This document shows, in pieces, positions 18,938 to 30,600 of a DNA stretch of 64,000 nucleotides. Location of the stretch: positions 2,253 to 66,252 of the forward strand of contig CANSHI010000006.1 in assembly GCA_947646655.1 (NCBI GenBank), given 5' to 3'. Under the pieces are notes generated by a model, which made no database searches, was not told the DNA's origin, and saw nothing but the letters and a program-made list of their open reading frames with translations. Positions within the stretch are counted from its first letter, which is position 1. Each line of letters begins with the position of its first letter. The DNA is from an uncultured bacterium (lineage in GTDB: Bacteria > Bacillota_I > Bacilli_A > RF39 > UBA660). The position numbers and the translations under genes were made by a program.

Positions 18938-20890
18938 ATGAATATGAAAAACGGTAAAACTATAATTTATTTCATTTTAATTTTATTTATGAGTATTACA
19001 ACATACCGTATATGTGACTTATCGATAAATAGTCATGCTTTTTATGTGAAAGAATATGAAAACCTAACTAGTAAGCTAGTTTCCGGCCCATCTGCGCCAA
19101 GAGGTCGTATATTAGATGTCAATGGAAAAGTCTTAGTGGACAACATAGGTGTCAATGCAGTAGTTTACAATCGTACCAAAAACTCTGAACTTTCCGAAAC
19201 AGAACTAGCATATAAGCTAGGTTCAATAATTAAATTAGATTACACTAAATTTACAACTAAGAAGTTTAAAACCTTTTATTTAAAGACTCATAACAATGGA
19301 AACGATTTAATCACCGAAGAAGAAAAAATATTGCGAAATGAAAGAAAACTTTCTAAAGACGACATCGAAGCTTTGAAATACGAAAGAGTCACTGATGATA
19401 TTTTAAACGCAATGACAGAAGAAGACAAAAATGCGAGTGCAATTTATTATCTACTTACAAATGGTTATTCTTACGAAGACAAATTCATAAAAACGGGGGT
19501 AACCGATGAAGAAGTCGTTCTAATAAATGATCTTCATCTTCCAGGCATTAAAACTACTCTTACTTGGGAGCGTACTTATCCCTACGGCGACACTTTAAAA
19601 ACATTGCTCGGTTCGATCAGCCAAACCGTTCCTAAAGAACTTAAAAAATATTACGAAGAGAAAGGCATATCGCCTAATAGTACAGTTGGTATAAGTTTTC
19701 TAGAACTAGAATACGATGAATACTTAAGAGGAACAGACAGTACATATAAAGTTAACGATCATGGACTAACAGAACTTGTAACTAAGGAAACAGTTGGACA
19801 TGATCTCTATCTTTCAATAGATATCGATAAACAAATCGAAATCGAAAACATTGTAAAAAATGAAATGTTAAAAGCAAAAAAAGCCAAAAACACAGAATAT
19901 TACAATCACTCATATGTACTAATAGGTAATCCTAAAACTGGTGAAATTATAACAGCTGTTGGTCTGCAACTAAACACTGATCACTTCGTCGACATAACTG
20001 CTAACATGATAAGCTCTAGCTATACTGTTGGAAGTATTGTCAAAGGTGCAACTATGTCGGTAGGATATGAACAAAATCTTATAAATGAAGGAACAAAAGT
20101 TCGAGATTCCTGCATTAAAGTATATGGAGTACAACAAAAATGTAGCTGGAAATCCCTAGGTTTAATCGACGACATCTCTGCCATGGCTCTCTCATCAAAC
20201 TACTATCAATTTTTAATCGCTACTAAATTAGCTAACTCCAATTATTCTTGGAACGCCAAACTAAATACAACTAAAGAACACTTTAATATATATAGAAACA
20301 TGCTTTCGAGCTATGGATTAGGTACTAAAACAGGTATCGATCTACCAAATGAAACGACTGGTATCATAGGACAAACTATTAATGATGACCTTTTATTAAA
20401 CCTCTCGATTGGACAATATGATACTTACACTCCGATCGAAGTATTGCAATATACTAACACACTTGCTAATAATGGCACTAAATTAAAACCTACTTTGATG
20501 AAAAAAATAGTCAAAGACGACAAAATTATAAAGGAAATGACTCCGACAACAATCGGCACAGTAAACCTTAATCCCGAAAAAATGGCGCGAGTTCAACAAG
20601 GCTTAAAAGCTGTAATGACTTATGGACTAGGTAAAAGTTATACGACTAATAAAGTGTCCTCGGCAGGAAAAACAGGTACAAGTGAAACTTTTATCGATAC
20701 GAACGGCGATGGTCGCATAGATACAAAAACTATATCCACATCTTTTATCATGTATGCTCCTTTCGAAAACCCCGAATACTCAGTAGTAATAATAAGTCCG
20801 AATATTGCTAAAAGAACTGGCAATAACAATTACAAATACTCGATCAATCTAAACATAAATAGAGCCATCATGAACTACCTATTCCCTTAA
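18938..20890 (+). CDS. Class B penicillin-binding protein (transpeptidase)
   Basis: N-terminal TM anchor, SIVK (SxxK), SSN and KTGT motifs in the correct order. Confidence 0.9.
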   Translation: MNMKNGKTIIYFILILFMSITTYRICDLSINSHAFYVKEYENLTSKLVSGPSAPRGRILDVNGKVLVDNIGVNAVVYNRTKNSELSETELAYKLGSIIKLDYTKFTTKKFKTFYLKTHNNGNDLITEEEKILRNERKLSKDDIEALKYERVTDDILNAMTEEDKNASAIYYLLTNGYSYEDKFIKTGVTDEEVVLINDLHLPGIKTTLTWERTYPYGDTLKTLLGSISQTVPKELKKYYEEKGISPNSTVGISFLELEYDEYLRGTDSTYKVNDHGLTELVTKETVGHDLYLSIDIDKQIEIENIVKNEMLKAKKAKNTEYYNHSYVLIGNPKTGEIITAVGLQLNTDHFVDITANMISSSYTVGSIVKGATMSVGYEQNLINEGTKVRDSCIKVYGVQQKCSWKSLGLIDDISAMALSSNYYQFLIATKLANSNYSWNAKLNTTKEHFNIYRNMLSSYGLGTKTGIDLPNETTGIIGQTINDDLLLNLSIGQYDTYTPIEVLQYTNTLANNGTKLKPTLMKKIVKDDKIIKEMTPTTIGTVNLNPEKMARVQQGLKAVMTYGLGKSYTTNKVSSAGKTGTSETFIDTNGDGRIDTKTISTSFIMYAPFENPEYSVVIISPNIAKRTGNNNYKYSINLNINRAIMNYLFP

Positions 20891-20957
20891 AACAGATTTT
20901 TCTTGACTTTATTTCAAAAATGTATAATAATACTTCCTACAAAAGGAGGGGTTGTAC

Positions 20958-21275
20958 ATGAACTTGGTAGACTTAATGGATTACTATATAAAATTATCTT
21001 TAAAAGAAAATTCAACCGAAGAACCATACAGTAGTCATTTGGATAATAGTCTAAAATATATAAATTCTCAAATTGAAGATATACTACATATTTCAGCTAA
21101 ACCTAAATTAGCAGGATTCAAAGATGCTCTAAAAAAGAGAATCGCATTTTTAACAAAAGCAGCCGAAATTGCTAAAACTGAAGAACAACAATTTGAGTTA
21201 AATTATAGAGCAGATTTTTATACATACTTCTTAAATGAAGTAGAGAAAAAATTAAATAGTTCCAAAAACTTCTAA
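20958..21275 (+). CDS. Small helical protein, paralogue A
   Basis: ATG 20958 follows GGAGGGG. It shares N-terminal (LMDYYI / ILENYI) and C-terminal (FYTYFLNEVE / FYKYFCQVE) features with the next gene. Confidence 0.6.
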   Translation: MNLVDLMDYYIKLSLKENSTEEPYSSHLDNSLKYINSQIEDILHISAKPKLAGFKDALKKRIAFLTKAAEIAKTEEQQFELNYRADFYTYFLNEVEKKLNSSKNF

Positions 21276-21347
21276 CACTTTATCATAAGTGTTTTTCTTG
21301 ACAATAAAATAAACAGCAATATAATAATATTAAAGGAGACACTAAAA

Positions 21348-21650
21348 ATGAATGTATTAGCTATTTTAGAAAACTATATAAACAGAGAAGTAGAGTACCA
21401 ATTAGATCCCGATAAAGATAATCGTTCTACCACTGAACAAAACCTTTCAATTCTTTACAATAAATTTAAGAAAGCTTTAGAATGCTTGAATAGACAAGAA
21501 ATTGAAGAATTGATTAATAAAATTAACGATAAAATAAATGATTTAGAAAATCGAGCAAATGAACAAAACACTAAATTGCAACTTGAATTTTATAAATACT
21601 TTTGCCAAGTAGAACTAGAGCCAAAAATTAAAGGATCTAAAAGAATTTAA
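21348..21650 (+). CDS. Small helical protein, paralogue B
   Basis: AAGGAG RBS; paralogous to 20958..21275. Confidence 0.6.
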   Translation: MNVLAILENYINREVEYQLDPDKDNRSTTEQNLSILYNKFKKALECLNRQEIEELINKINDKINDLENRANEQNTKLQLEFYKYFCQVELEPKIKGSKRI

Positions 21651-21669
21651 CTATTTTTAAACTAAACGT

Positions 21670-21697
21670 TTGAAAAATCAAAAAATTTTGATATAAT
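21670..21697 (+). promoter_or_regulatory. SigmaA-type promoter candidate for rpmG-efp
   Basis: TTGAAA, 16-nt spacer, TATAAT, with TG upstream of the -10 element. Confidence 0.5.
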
Positions 21698-21729
21698 ACT
21701 ATTGTCTTATTAAAAAAGGAGGGACTTTT

Positions 21730-21900
21730 ATGGCTAAAAAGAATGAAAACAGAGCACCTATTGGACTTAAATGTAGCGTTTGTGGTAACATCATCCGTCC
21801 TACTGAAAAAAATAAAAAAAATACTGTTGATAAACTTAATATCAGTAAATATTGTCCAAAATGTAGACAACATACTGAACATAAAGAAACTAAAAACTAA
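21730..21900 (+). CDS. rpmG: 50S ribosomal protein L33 (zinc-ribbon form)
   Basis: Not in the ORF track (56 aa): MAKKNENRAPIGLKCSVCGNIIRPTEKNKKNTVDKLNISKYCPKCRQHTEHKETKN. It has a CxxC...CxxC pattern and a GGAGGG RBS. Confidence 0.88.
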   Translation: MAKKNENRAPIGLKCSVCGNIIRPTEKNKKNTVDKLNISKYCPKCRQHTEHKETKN

Positions 21901-21919
21901 TTTAGGAGGATGATTACTT

Positions 21920-22480
21920 ATGATGATAAACATTAATGACATTAAAAATGGTATGACTGTTATAATCGATGGAAAACTTTGTGTAATCGTCGAATTCCAA
22001 CACGTTAAACCTGGAAAAGGGTCTCCATTTGTTAAAATTAAACTTAAAAATTTACGTACAGGAAGTATTGTTGTTGAAACATTTAACACTAATATAAAGA
22101 TCGAAAAAGCTCATGTCAATAAAGCTAAATCACAATTTCTTTATAGTGAAGGAGATATCTATGTTTTCATGAACAATGAAACGTATGAGCAAACTGAACT
22201 ATCTAAAGACAGTTTAGGTGAGGACGTTAAATATTTAAAAGAAAACATGGAAATTCAAATCAATTCATATGAAGGTGAGCTTCTAGGTATCGAACTACCT
22301 GAAAAAGTTGATTACAATGTAACTGCAACAGAACCTGCTACTAAAGGAAATACGACATCTTCTGCTATGAAGGATGCCACTTTAGAAAACGGTTTAACGA
22401 TTAAAGTCCCTCTGTTCATAAACGAGGGAGAAACTATAACAGTATCTACTATCGATGGCAGTTACTGTGGAAGAGCATAA
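21920..22480 (+). CDS. efp: Elongation factor P
   Basis: INDIKNGMTVIIDGKLCVIVEFQHVKPGKGSPFVKIKLKNLRTG; full length. Confidence 0.95.
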   Translation: MMININDIKNGMTVIIDGKLCVIVEFQHVKPGKGSPFVKIKLKNLRTGSIVVETFNTNIKIEKAHVNKAKSQFLYSEGDIYVFMNNETYEQTELSKDSLGEDVKYLKENMEIQINSYEGELLGIELPEKVDYNVTATEPATKGNTTSSAMKDATLENGLTIKVPLFINEGETITVSTIDGSYCGRA

Positions 22481-22503
22481 GTGGCTAAACTTATGTTTTT
22501 TAT
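22476..22503 (+). terminator. Rho-independent terminator after efp
   Basis: CATAAGT / ACTTATG stem followed by a T-run. Confidence 0.7.
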
Positions 22504-22504
22504 T

Positions 22505-22533
22505 TTGAACTTTCTAACATTTTATAGTATAAT
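22505..22533 (+). promoter_or_regulatory. SigmaA-type promoter candidate for hisS
   Basis: TTGAAC, 17-nt spacer, TATAAT. Confidence 0.55.
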
Positions 22534-22574
22534 TTAACATATAAAAAAACATTCCAACTAGGAGGAACTATTTT

Positions 22575-23879
22575 ATGAAAAAAGAAATCAATTTACAAAA
22601 CGTCAAAGGAAGTTATGATTATTTGCCAAAAGAACAAATAATTAGAAATTACATTCAAGATACTCTTAAATCGGTCTTTGAAAGCTTTGGTTACAAACCA
22701 CTTGAAACTCCTATACTATGCTACTACGATTTACTGGCGGGCAAATATGACGACTCTAATGATCTTCTAAAAGAAATATACAAACTCACAGATCAAGGAG
22801 AAAGAAATCTCGGACTACGCTATGATCTAACTGTACCATTTGCTAAATGTATTGCTATGCAAAAAGAACTGAGACTCCCATTTAAAAGATATGAAATAGG
22901 AAAAGTATTTCGTGATGGTCCAGTAAAAACGGGGCGAGATAGAGAATTTTTACAATGTGATGTCGATGTCGTAGGATTAGAAGGAGCGCCAATCGAAGCA
23001 GAGCTAATTAACCTTTGGTTAACCGGCTACAAAGCTTTAAACATAGAAGTTTACATCAAATATAACAGCAGAAACCTCCTTCGAGGCCTTATCAAAGAAG
23101 TTTCAAATAACGTAACAGAAAACTCATTGCCACTTTTCATAACTGTTATAGACAAAATGGATAAAATTACAAAAGATGAACTTATAGACGAACTCATTAA
23201 ATATGGCATGCAAGAAAAAGAAGCAGTTCGCTTACTAGATTATCTTTCATGGGATTTAACCAAGCTTGAAACACAATTTTCAAATACTACTAATGAAGAT
23301 TTAAAACAAGGATTGGACGAACTCACAAAACTAAAAACTATCTTAGAACAATTGAATTTGTCTGAACACTGTATTTTTTCACCTTCTCTTGCTAGAGGAC
23401 AAGATTACTATACAGGCAACATCTTTGAAGTTTATGCCAAAAACAATGAACTTTCCTGCAGTCTAGGTGGTGGAGGCCGCTACGATAAAATGATTACAAA
23501 CTTTATAAATAATGGATCTACTTATCCAGCAGTCGGCATCAGTTTTGGACTTTCTACCATTTTTGAAATTTTAAAATCACGAGCTACAAAAGAAAAAACA
23601 TCCCTTACAAATATTTTAATCGTTCCACTAGGTACAACTAGTGAAGCTTTAAAACTTGCTAATAGCATAAGAGCGCTTAATAAAAACGTCGAAGTAGATC
23701 TGACTGGAAAGAAAGTTGGGAAAAGCTTTGAATACGCCGACAAAGAAGGAATACCATTCGTCATAATTTTAGGCGAAAATGAGATAAATGAACAAAAATT
23801 TAAAATTAAAAATATGATTACAAAAGAAGAAACAGAAGTTAGTTTTGATAATTTAACAATTTTAAATACATTGATTTAA
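22575..23879 (+). CDS. hisS: Histidine--tRNA ligase
   Basis: GLRYDLTVPFAK and YEIGKVFRDGPVKTGRDREFLQCDVD, with a C-terminal anticodon-binding domain present. Confidence 0.92.
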   Translation: MKKEINLQNVKGSYDYLPKEQIIRNYIQDTLKSVFESFGYKPLETPILCYYDLLAGKYDDSNDLLKEIYKLTDQGERNLGLRYDLTVPFAKCIAMQKELRLPFKRYEIGKVFRDGPVKTGRDREFLQCDVDVVGLEGAPIEAELINLWLTGYKALNIEVYIKYNSRNLLRGLIKEVSNNVTENSLPLFITVIDKMDKITKDELIDELIKYGMQEKEAVRLLDYLSWDLTKLETQFSNTTNEDLKQGLDELTKLKTILEQLNLSEHCIFSPSLARGQDYYTGNIFEVYAKNNELSCSLGGGGRYDKMITNFINNGSTYPAVGISFGLSTIFEILKSRATKEKTSLTNILIVPLGTTSEALKLANSIRALNKNVEVDLTGKKVGKSFEYADKEGIPFVIILGENEINEQKFKIKNMITKEETEVSFDNLTILNTLI

Positions 23880-23947
23880 TTGGAAAAATTTTTCTTTCTT
23901 TTTCATATAATTAGTGTTACAATAAAACTAGAAAGGGAAGATAAGTT

Positions 23948-24412
23948 ATGTATAAGAAAATTATAGCAGCCGTTTGCTTAGTAGGAATGTTATTTGTAAC
24001 TGGATGCGGTAAAGAAGAATCAAAAACTCTTACTTGCACTAGAACTGCAACAATTCAAGCAGGTGTAGATATGTCGCTTAATTATAAGGTAACTTATAAA
24101 GGAGAAAATGTTCAATTAGTTGAATCAGAAGAAAAAATAACTGCTGATGATAAAGATTATTTAAAGACATATGAAACTACAGTTAACAGCATGTACAGCC
24201 CATATAAAGATGTTGAACACTATAATTATAATGTTTCAATCGACGGCAACACATTAACTAGTACTACTAAAATTGATTATGAGAAAATCGATACTGATAA
24301 AATGATCGAAATCGATTCAGCAAACAAAGCTCTAATCAAAGATGGTAAAGTTAAAATGAACGACCTAAAAACAGCTTATGAAGCTTTAGGCGCTACTTGC
24401 AAAGAAGAATAA
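23948..24412 (+). CDS. Lipoprotein (YehR/DUF1307-like)
   Basis: Lipobox LFVTGC. Size and beta-rich pattern fit. The family call is from memory. Confidence 0.7.
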   Translation: MYKKIIAAVCLVGMLFVTGCGKEESKTLTCTRTATIQAGVDMSLNYKVTYKGENVQLVESEEKITADDKDYLKTYETTVNSMYSPYKDVEHYNYNVSIDGNTLTSTTKIDYEKIDTDKMIEIDSANKALIKDGKVKMNDLKTAYEALGATCKEE

Positions 24413-24609
24413 TAGATCTTCTTTTTTTTGTCAAAAAAAATATTATTGGTAAAATTTGGAAAGAAAAAATAAGAATTTTATTAAATCACTCGCATAAAAT
24501 GATAATAGAGAGAATATTTTTATTAAAGGTATTGAAATGTCTTCGATTTTTTATTAATATATATATAGTATAATAAAAAGTTTTTTATGTGGTAAGGAGT
24601 AAAAATTTT

Positions 24610-27600
24610 ATGAGAAAAAAAGTTGTAGGAATAATTTCGGTATTATTGCTAAATTTACTATGTGTACAAACAGTTTTAGCGGCATCTAGTTTAAATGCCG
24701 ATTTGAATGCAGATAAGCAAAGTTTAAAGGCAGGCGAACAAATAGAACTCACTCTTGCTTTTAACAATTTTAATGACATTAAAAAAGGTATTAATGCTTA
24801 TATGGGAACATTAGAATATGACACTAATATATTTGAAAATGTTGTTGAAAAAAATTTTTTGTGCTTAAACAATTGGGAACAGTTTAAATTTAATCCCTCT
24901 AATGGTAAGCTTGTGGCGATAAGAAAAGTAGGTACTAAAATAGATGAAAATGTTTTAAAAGTTACTTTGAAAGTTAAAGAAAACATAGGAGCTACAAAAA
25001 CAGAAGTTAAGATTAAAAATATAGTAACTTCAGAAGGAAAAAAAGATATTTTTATAAATACTGCTTCTTCAACTATAAACATAATCGAAGAACAAACTAC
25101 AATTCCAACTAAACCAGTTAGCCCATCTAAGCCTTCTAAACCTAACTACAATACTTCAGGAAACAAACCAAATTCATCCGGAGGAAATAAAGTAGAATCT
25201 AACACCTCACCTAATCCAACTGATGAAAATGAAGATGATGAGACAAATAGTGAAGACGATGATGATGATGATCGATTAGATAAAGAAGAATCGAAAGAAC
25301 AATCTTCTAATAAAAATGAATCGACAAATAAAAATGATGATATAGAAGAAAATCCGATTAAAACTACATCTAGTAAATATATATGGGTTCTCATAATAAT
25401 ACTAATCCAAATAATTCTTATAATTTATGTATACTTTAGACATAAAGATAAAAACTCAAATAAACATCTTTCAGTTATGTTTTTAACGATTATATTAGCC
25501 GAATTTATTGGTACAACATGTGCCTTTGGAATCAGTTTTGCAGCTAAAGGTGATTTAAACGGCGACTCTGTTGTCGACTATGCTGATGCCAGTTTATTAG
25601 AACTGCACTTAGTAGATCTTAAAAAATTAGAAAAAGGAAATTATGAAAAAGCTGATATGAATCTAGATGGACAGCTTACTGTTACCGATTTAACTCTTCT
25701 AATTCAAAAGCTAGAAAACAATCTCGATTATGAAGTAACCATCATAAACTTCGAGCCTTCAAATAAACATCCTAACAAAAATCAAGATTTAGATATTAAA
25801 TTTGGCAGTGATGTCAGTTTTGGAGCAATTATTAAGAAGATAATAATCGATGGAAAAGAATACGATGTTACGAAAGAAGCAAATACTTCTGACTATACAA
25901 TTAGAGTTAACTCAGGAAGTGAAGCAGGTCTAAAAAGCTACCATGTAACAGAAGTTATTTTAGACAACAACAAAACAATAAAAGTAGATTATTCTTTCAT
26001 CTTAGATGTCTTAAAAGATAGTCCACACATAACCAATTATCGAGTAGAAGAAAACAAAGACGAATCGAAATTGATATTATTGTTCGACATCGTTGATGAT
26101 GAAGACAGTTTGACTTTAGCAACATTAGACGTTTACAATATAGACCAAGAAATAGTCACACAAACCTCATTAGCTAAAGGTCAAAATAGAATAGAAGTTT
26201 CTGTTGAAGAAACTAAAGAATACAAAGCCTACATTAAATTAGAATACAACTTAAGTGAAGATGAAAATAATACTGAAAGTATGGGTATTGAAAGTTATGA
26301 AAAAGACTTACAGCTAATAATCGATTACAACTTCAATATTTCCAATATAAAAACATATAAAGAAAATAAAGAACAAACTATTTTTGCTATGGGCGACCAA
26401 GTAAAGATTGGCTTCGAAAGTACTAACAGTACAATACACATACCTGCCTTCGTAAAAGTTAATGGAAAAGAATACGAAGTAACAGAAGAGAATGGAAAAT
26501 ACTTTGCAACACTCGACCCATTAAACACTTTAGGAGACTACCAAATCTTAGTCGAAGAAGTCAAATTAGCAAACGGTAAACAATTTGAACTTACAGAGTC
26601 TAATACCATTAATATAACTTGTCAAAAAAGAAAACCAGTTGTCGAAGATTTATCGATTACAGAGTTCACTGAAACAAACGACTTAAAAGTTATGTTCAAT
26701 TTAAACGACGAAGATAGAGCAGTCTCAGACATAACGATTCTTTTACTAGACGTCGATGGAAGTGAAATAGACCAAGTCAAACTATCTCGCGACGAAGTTA
26801 AAGACGATGGAACAGTAAACAAGTTCTTAAAAACTAAGATGACTACTAAATACAAAGTAAAAGTAATCATGAGTTATAATGTAACACAAAACGAAGACGA
26901 AAAAGTAGTCGATGAACTTGCCGCTCTAGAGGAATTTAATGCTGATCCAAGAGCAATAATTAAAAATATTACACCTAACAAAGACTATGTCGAAAAAGGT
27001 GGAGTTCTAAAACTCACATATGAATTAGAGACAAATAAAACAGAAGATGTAACTAGAATACTTGTCAACAACATCAACTGTATAGCCGTCAAACTAGACA
27101 ATGGAAATTATGAAGTTACACTCAATGTCGGCAGTAACAGTGGCTTATATGCCCTAACAACAACACGTCTAACATACAGCGATTCATCCGTTGCAACTAC
27201 TGACAAAACTGTAAATGTTGAAGTACTAAAAAGTAAACCTACTGTCAAAAACTTTACTCAAACTGACGACGTACAAAATCGCGAAGTCACATTAAACTTT
27301 GATGTCGATGATCCTGATAACAGTTTCCTAAACGGAAAAGCAGTTCTTACACTTGATGGTACAAGTACTGAAAGGGAAATCTCTAAAGGACACAATTCTG
27401 TAACTTTCCCAGTTGAAGCTTCAAGAAAATATACATTTGAAGTTAAAGTATCATATGATCTCGATGAACATGCCCTAACTAACAAACCAGAAGAAGATAA
27501 TCGTGTGACTGACGAGACGATTGATACTAAAGAAATTGAACTAATCGCTGATTATGAACTTAACATTTCTAACATTAAGACTTACAACGAGAAAGGCGAA

Positions 27601-30600
27601 ACAAAATACTTTAGCAAATCAGAACCGATTAAAATTAGCTTTGAAAGTACAAATATTACAACTTTCAAACCAGTAAGTGTAGTCATCAATGGAAATACAT
27701 ACCAATTAACAAACACAGATGACACTTACTACTTAACGATTGACAGTCACCGAACTTCCGGTGTTAAAACTGCTAAAATCGAAAAGATAATTTTAAATAA
27801 CTCTAAAGAATTATTTATAACAGAAAACAACGAAATAAAAGTTACAGTACTAAAGGACAAGCCAGTTGTAGAACAATTTGGTTACAAAGAAAACATAGAT
27901 GGAACAATCTCAGCTAACTTCAAAGTAATCGATGAAGAAGATACCATCACTGGTGGAAAAGTACTCATCATCAAAAATGGAGAAACCATCAAAGAACAAG
28001 ACATAGTTAAAAATGATAACACGATCAACTTCCAGCCTGAAGAAAACCAAAATTATTTAGTCAAAGTTTTAGCCGACTATGACTTAGACATGAATGTTTT
28101 AGAAGAAGATGCAAACGAATACACAAATGTTACACTTCTAGAAGCTGACATAACTCTAGGTGCACGTCGCTTTGAAATGAAAGACATCATTAGAACTTCT
28201 ATTTATAAAAATACCGAAAATGGAGTAGTGGAAATCAACACTCTTAGTGAAGCAGATTTAGCTAATCCAAGTGACTACATCGCTAAAGTTTACATGAGAG
28301 AAATGCCAACTTTCTATACAACAGTGACAGGGCATAAAGTAGAAGACGGAAAATTAAAACTAACTTTAGCTTATGACAACGTCGTACAATATTCTCATGA
28401 TAGCAAACAAAATAAATTAGAAATTGAATTTGGCGAACTAAATAATGGTGTTGCTCAAAATATCACATTAGAAGGACTTATCAAAGAAATAGAAGCTAAT
28501 CCATCTGGTTCATTCACACTTACTCGTGACTATGATGCATCTATCATAACGACAAATGAAGCAACATTAATCGCTGCTACATTTACAGGAACATTAAATG
28601 GAAATGGTCATAAAATTTACAATTTAACAAAACCAATGTTCGATACGATAGAATCAGCAACAATTGAAAACATCACTTTTGACACTCCAAAAGTATTTGG
28701 TACAACCAGCCGAGGAACTATTGCCAACAATGCGATTAATTCGACGATTAGAAACATCCACTTAAAAGATCTAACACTTATATCAGGTACAAGTAGAGTT
28801 GGGGGATTAATCGGAGAAGGTTCTTCTACTACCATCGAGCAAATAGAAGTTTCTAACTTTACAATAACGACTGCGGGACACATCAGAATAGCTTCTATCG
28901 TCGGAAACATGACAGGCGGAAGCATTAAAAACTGTGTAATCGATGGAGAATTAAAATCGACACAAAATAAAGATGGAAACGGAATTTCTGGTATTTTAGG
29001 TGCTACTGAAGGAACAGAAATCGTTACAATCGAAAACTGTATTACAAAAGTTAATTATTCAAGTAACGTAAGTCCTCGCTTAAACGGTGATATCGTAGGA
29101 CTTGCATTGAATAGTAATACTTCACTAAAAAACAATGTAAGTTTATCAACTGGATTAAACTTCTACCATGTACATGGTTATTCAATTCATTCTACATCGT
29201 CAAATAACTTTGAAATTATTGAGTCAGAACTAACTTCTAATGCTTCTGATAAAGTTACCCAAATATCTAAAAATGATATTAACGGAGATTTCTTTAAAAA
29301 CACAGCTCACTTTGATGAAACGATTTGGGACTTAAGTGATTCGTCTTATGACAACGTTCCTGAACTTATTTCATTAAAAGAAAACGTAGAGGAAGAAACA
29401 ACTGATAAACCAGAAAACAACAAATTATATATTCCAGATTACACAAGAATCCAAAAAGTTAATGGCTTCACAAACTCTAAAGATATCATATATCACAACT
29501 TAAATAAATTGATGCCTTACTATGATGCCAAATACTTAGTCGAAGATGGATTAAAAATTCCTAATACGAGTGAACTAAACGAAAAAATAATTAAACATAT
29601 TTTACCGTATGCTAATGACTCAATGGTCACATACTTGACTAGAGAAAACTATAATAGCATTTCGAAAATAAAAGTCATCTATGACGACCGAACTGCAAAA
29701 GAGTATAATGTCACATTTAAGGAATTTAAGCAAAATATTGCCATTTACGATATAGAAGGTTTAGACATCGAATACGCATATAGTAACTATACTATAAAAG
29801 AAGATGCTTCTATCGTAGGTACTATCAAAGAATATATTGATAACCTCGATTATACAGCAACACTCGATAGTTTAACAAAGGCCGCGGACAGCAGATTATA
29901 TAAAGATAACTTTAACGAAAAAGTAAAAGCTAAATCTAATGAAATCGCGCTTAAACTATTACAAAATGATACAGACAGTATTTTAACTATCGATAATAGC
30001 ATATTAAATAACAGAATTAAACAACAACTTATTGACAGTGGAAGACTAAACAAAATTATTTATGCATATAACTACTATGATAAGTGGTATGACTTCGAAA
30101 TCGGAGGCTCAAAAGTTACAGACATCTTAATGTTTGAAGGAAAAATATATAAAAATTCGATGACTATCGACAATATGACAAACGAAGTCCTTACAGGAAG
30201 TATGGCCACGAATACGACAAGTGCATTCTATGCAAATAACATTAAAAAATATACTGAAGCTGCAAACTTAGGATTATTCCTCGATGAAATTATTAAAAAC
30301 ATCGGAGGATATGAAGACATCAATGACTGGTTCACAGAGCATTTTACAAAAATAGGATTATTATCTGAAATACCAGTTGAAAATCACCCTGAAGTTAAAT
30401 ATCGTGCATGGGATAGATTAAAAGCATATCAAAACTTTATCTTGCCATTATCTACTTTACCAAAAGATGCTGGATACATCATTTCAGGACCAGCTCAACT
30501 TCAAGTAGGTGCACAAAGAGTATATACAAAAGACCCATCAACTGCACAAGCTACACTTAAAAACACTATTAAAAATCATAGTGCTCTAGTAAAAAGACAA

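Noticed and set aside
21637-22089. 150-aa minus-strand ORF spanning the rpmG-efp region
   Set aside because: It lies antisense to two confidently identified genes (L33 at 21730-21900 and efp). Its composition is F/S/I/K-rich as expected of a shadow frame in AT-rich DNA, and it has no RBS.
22481-22574. Possible T-box leaders upstream of hisS, and upstream of trpS (60081-60157)
   Set aside because: The leaders are only about 95 and about 77 nt, too short for a T-box. No specifier-loop or T-box sequence was seen.
24589-24609. Track start (GTG) of the giant ORF, and similar upstream extensions at 5806, 36006, 41476, 49448, 57300, 60678 and 63645
   Set aside because: In each case a downstream ATG has a properly spaced RBS. 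The extension also lacks an RBS, overlaps the upstream gene, or adds implausible residues before a signal peptide or TM helix.
25477-25479. Internal ATG as an independent start of a separate dockerin-protease gene
   Set aside because: There is no stop codon upstream in frame and no Shine-Dalgarno-like sequence in the preceding 20 nt. It is treated as part of the fused ORF and flagged in the findings.
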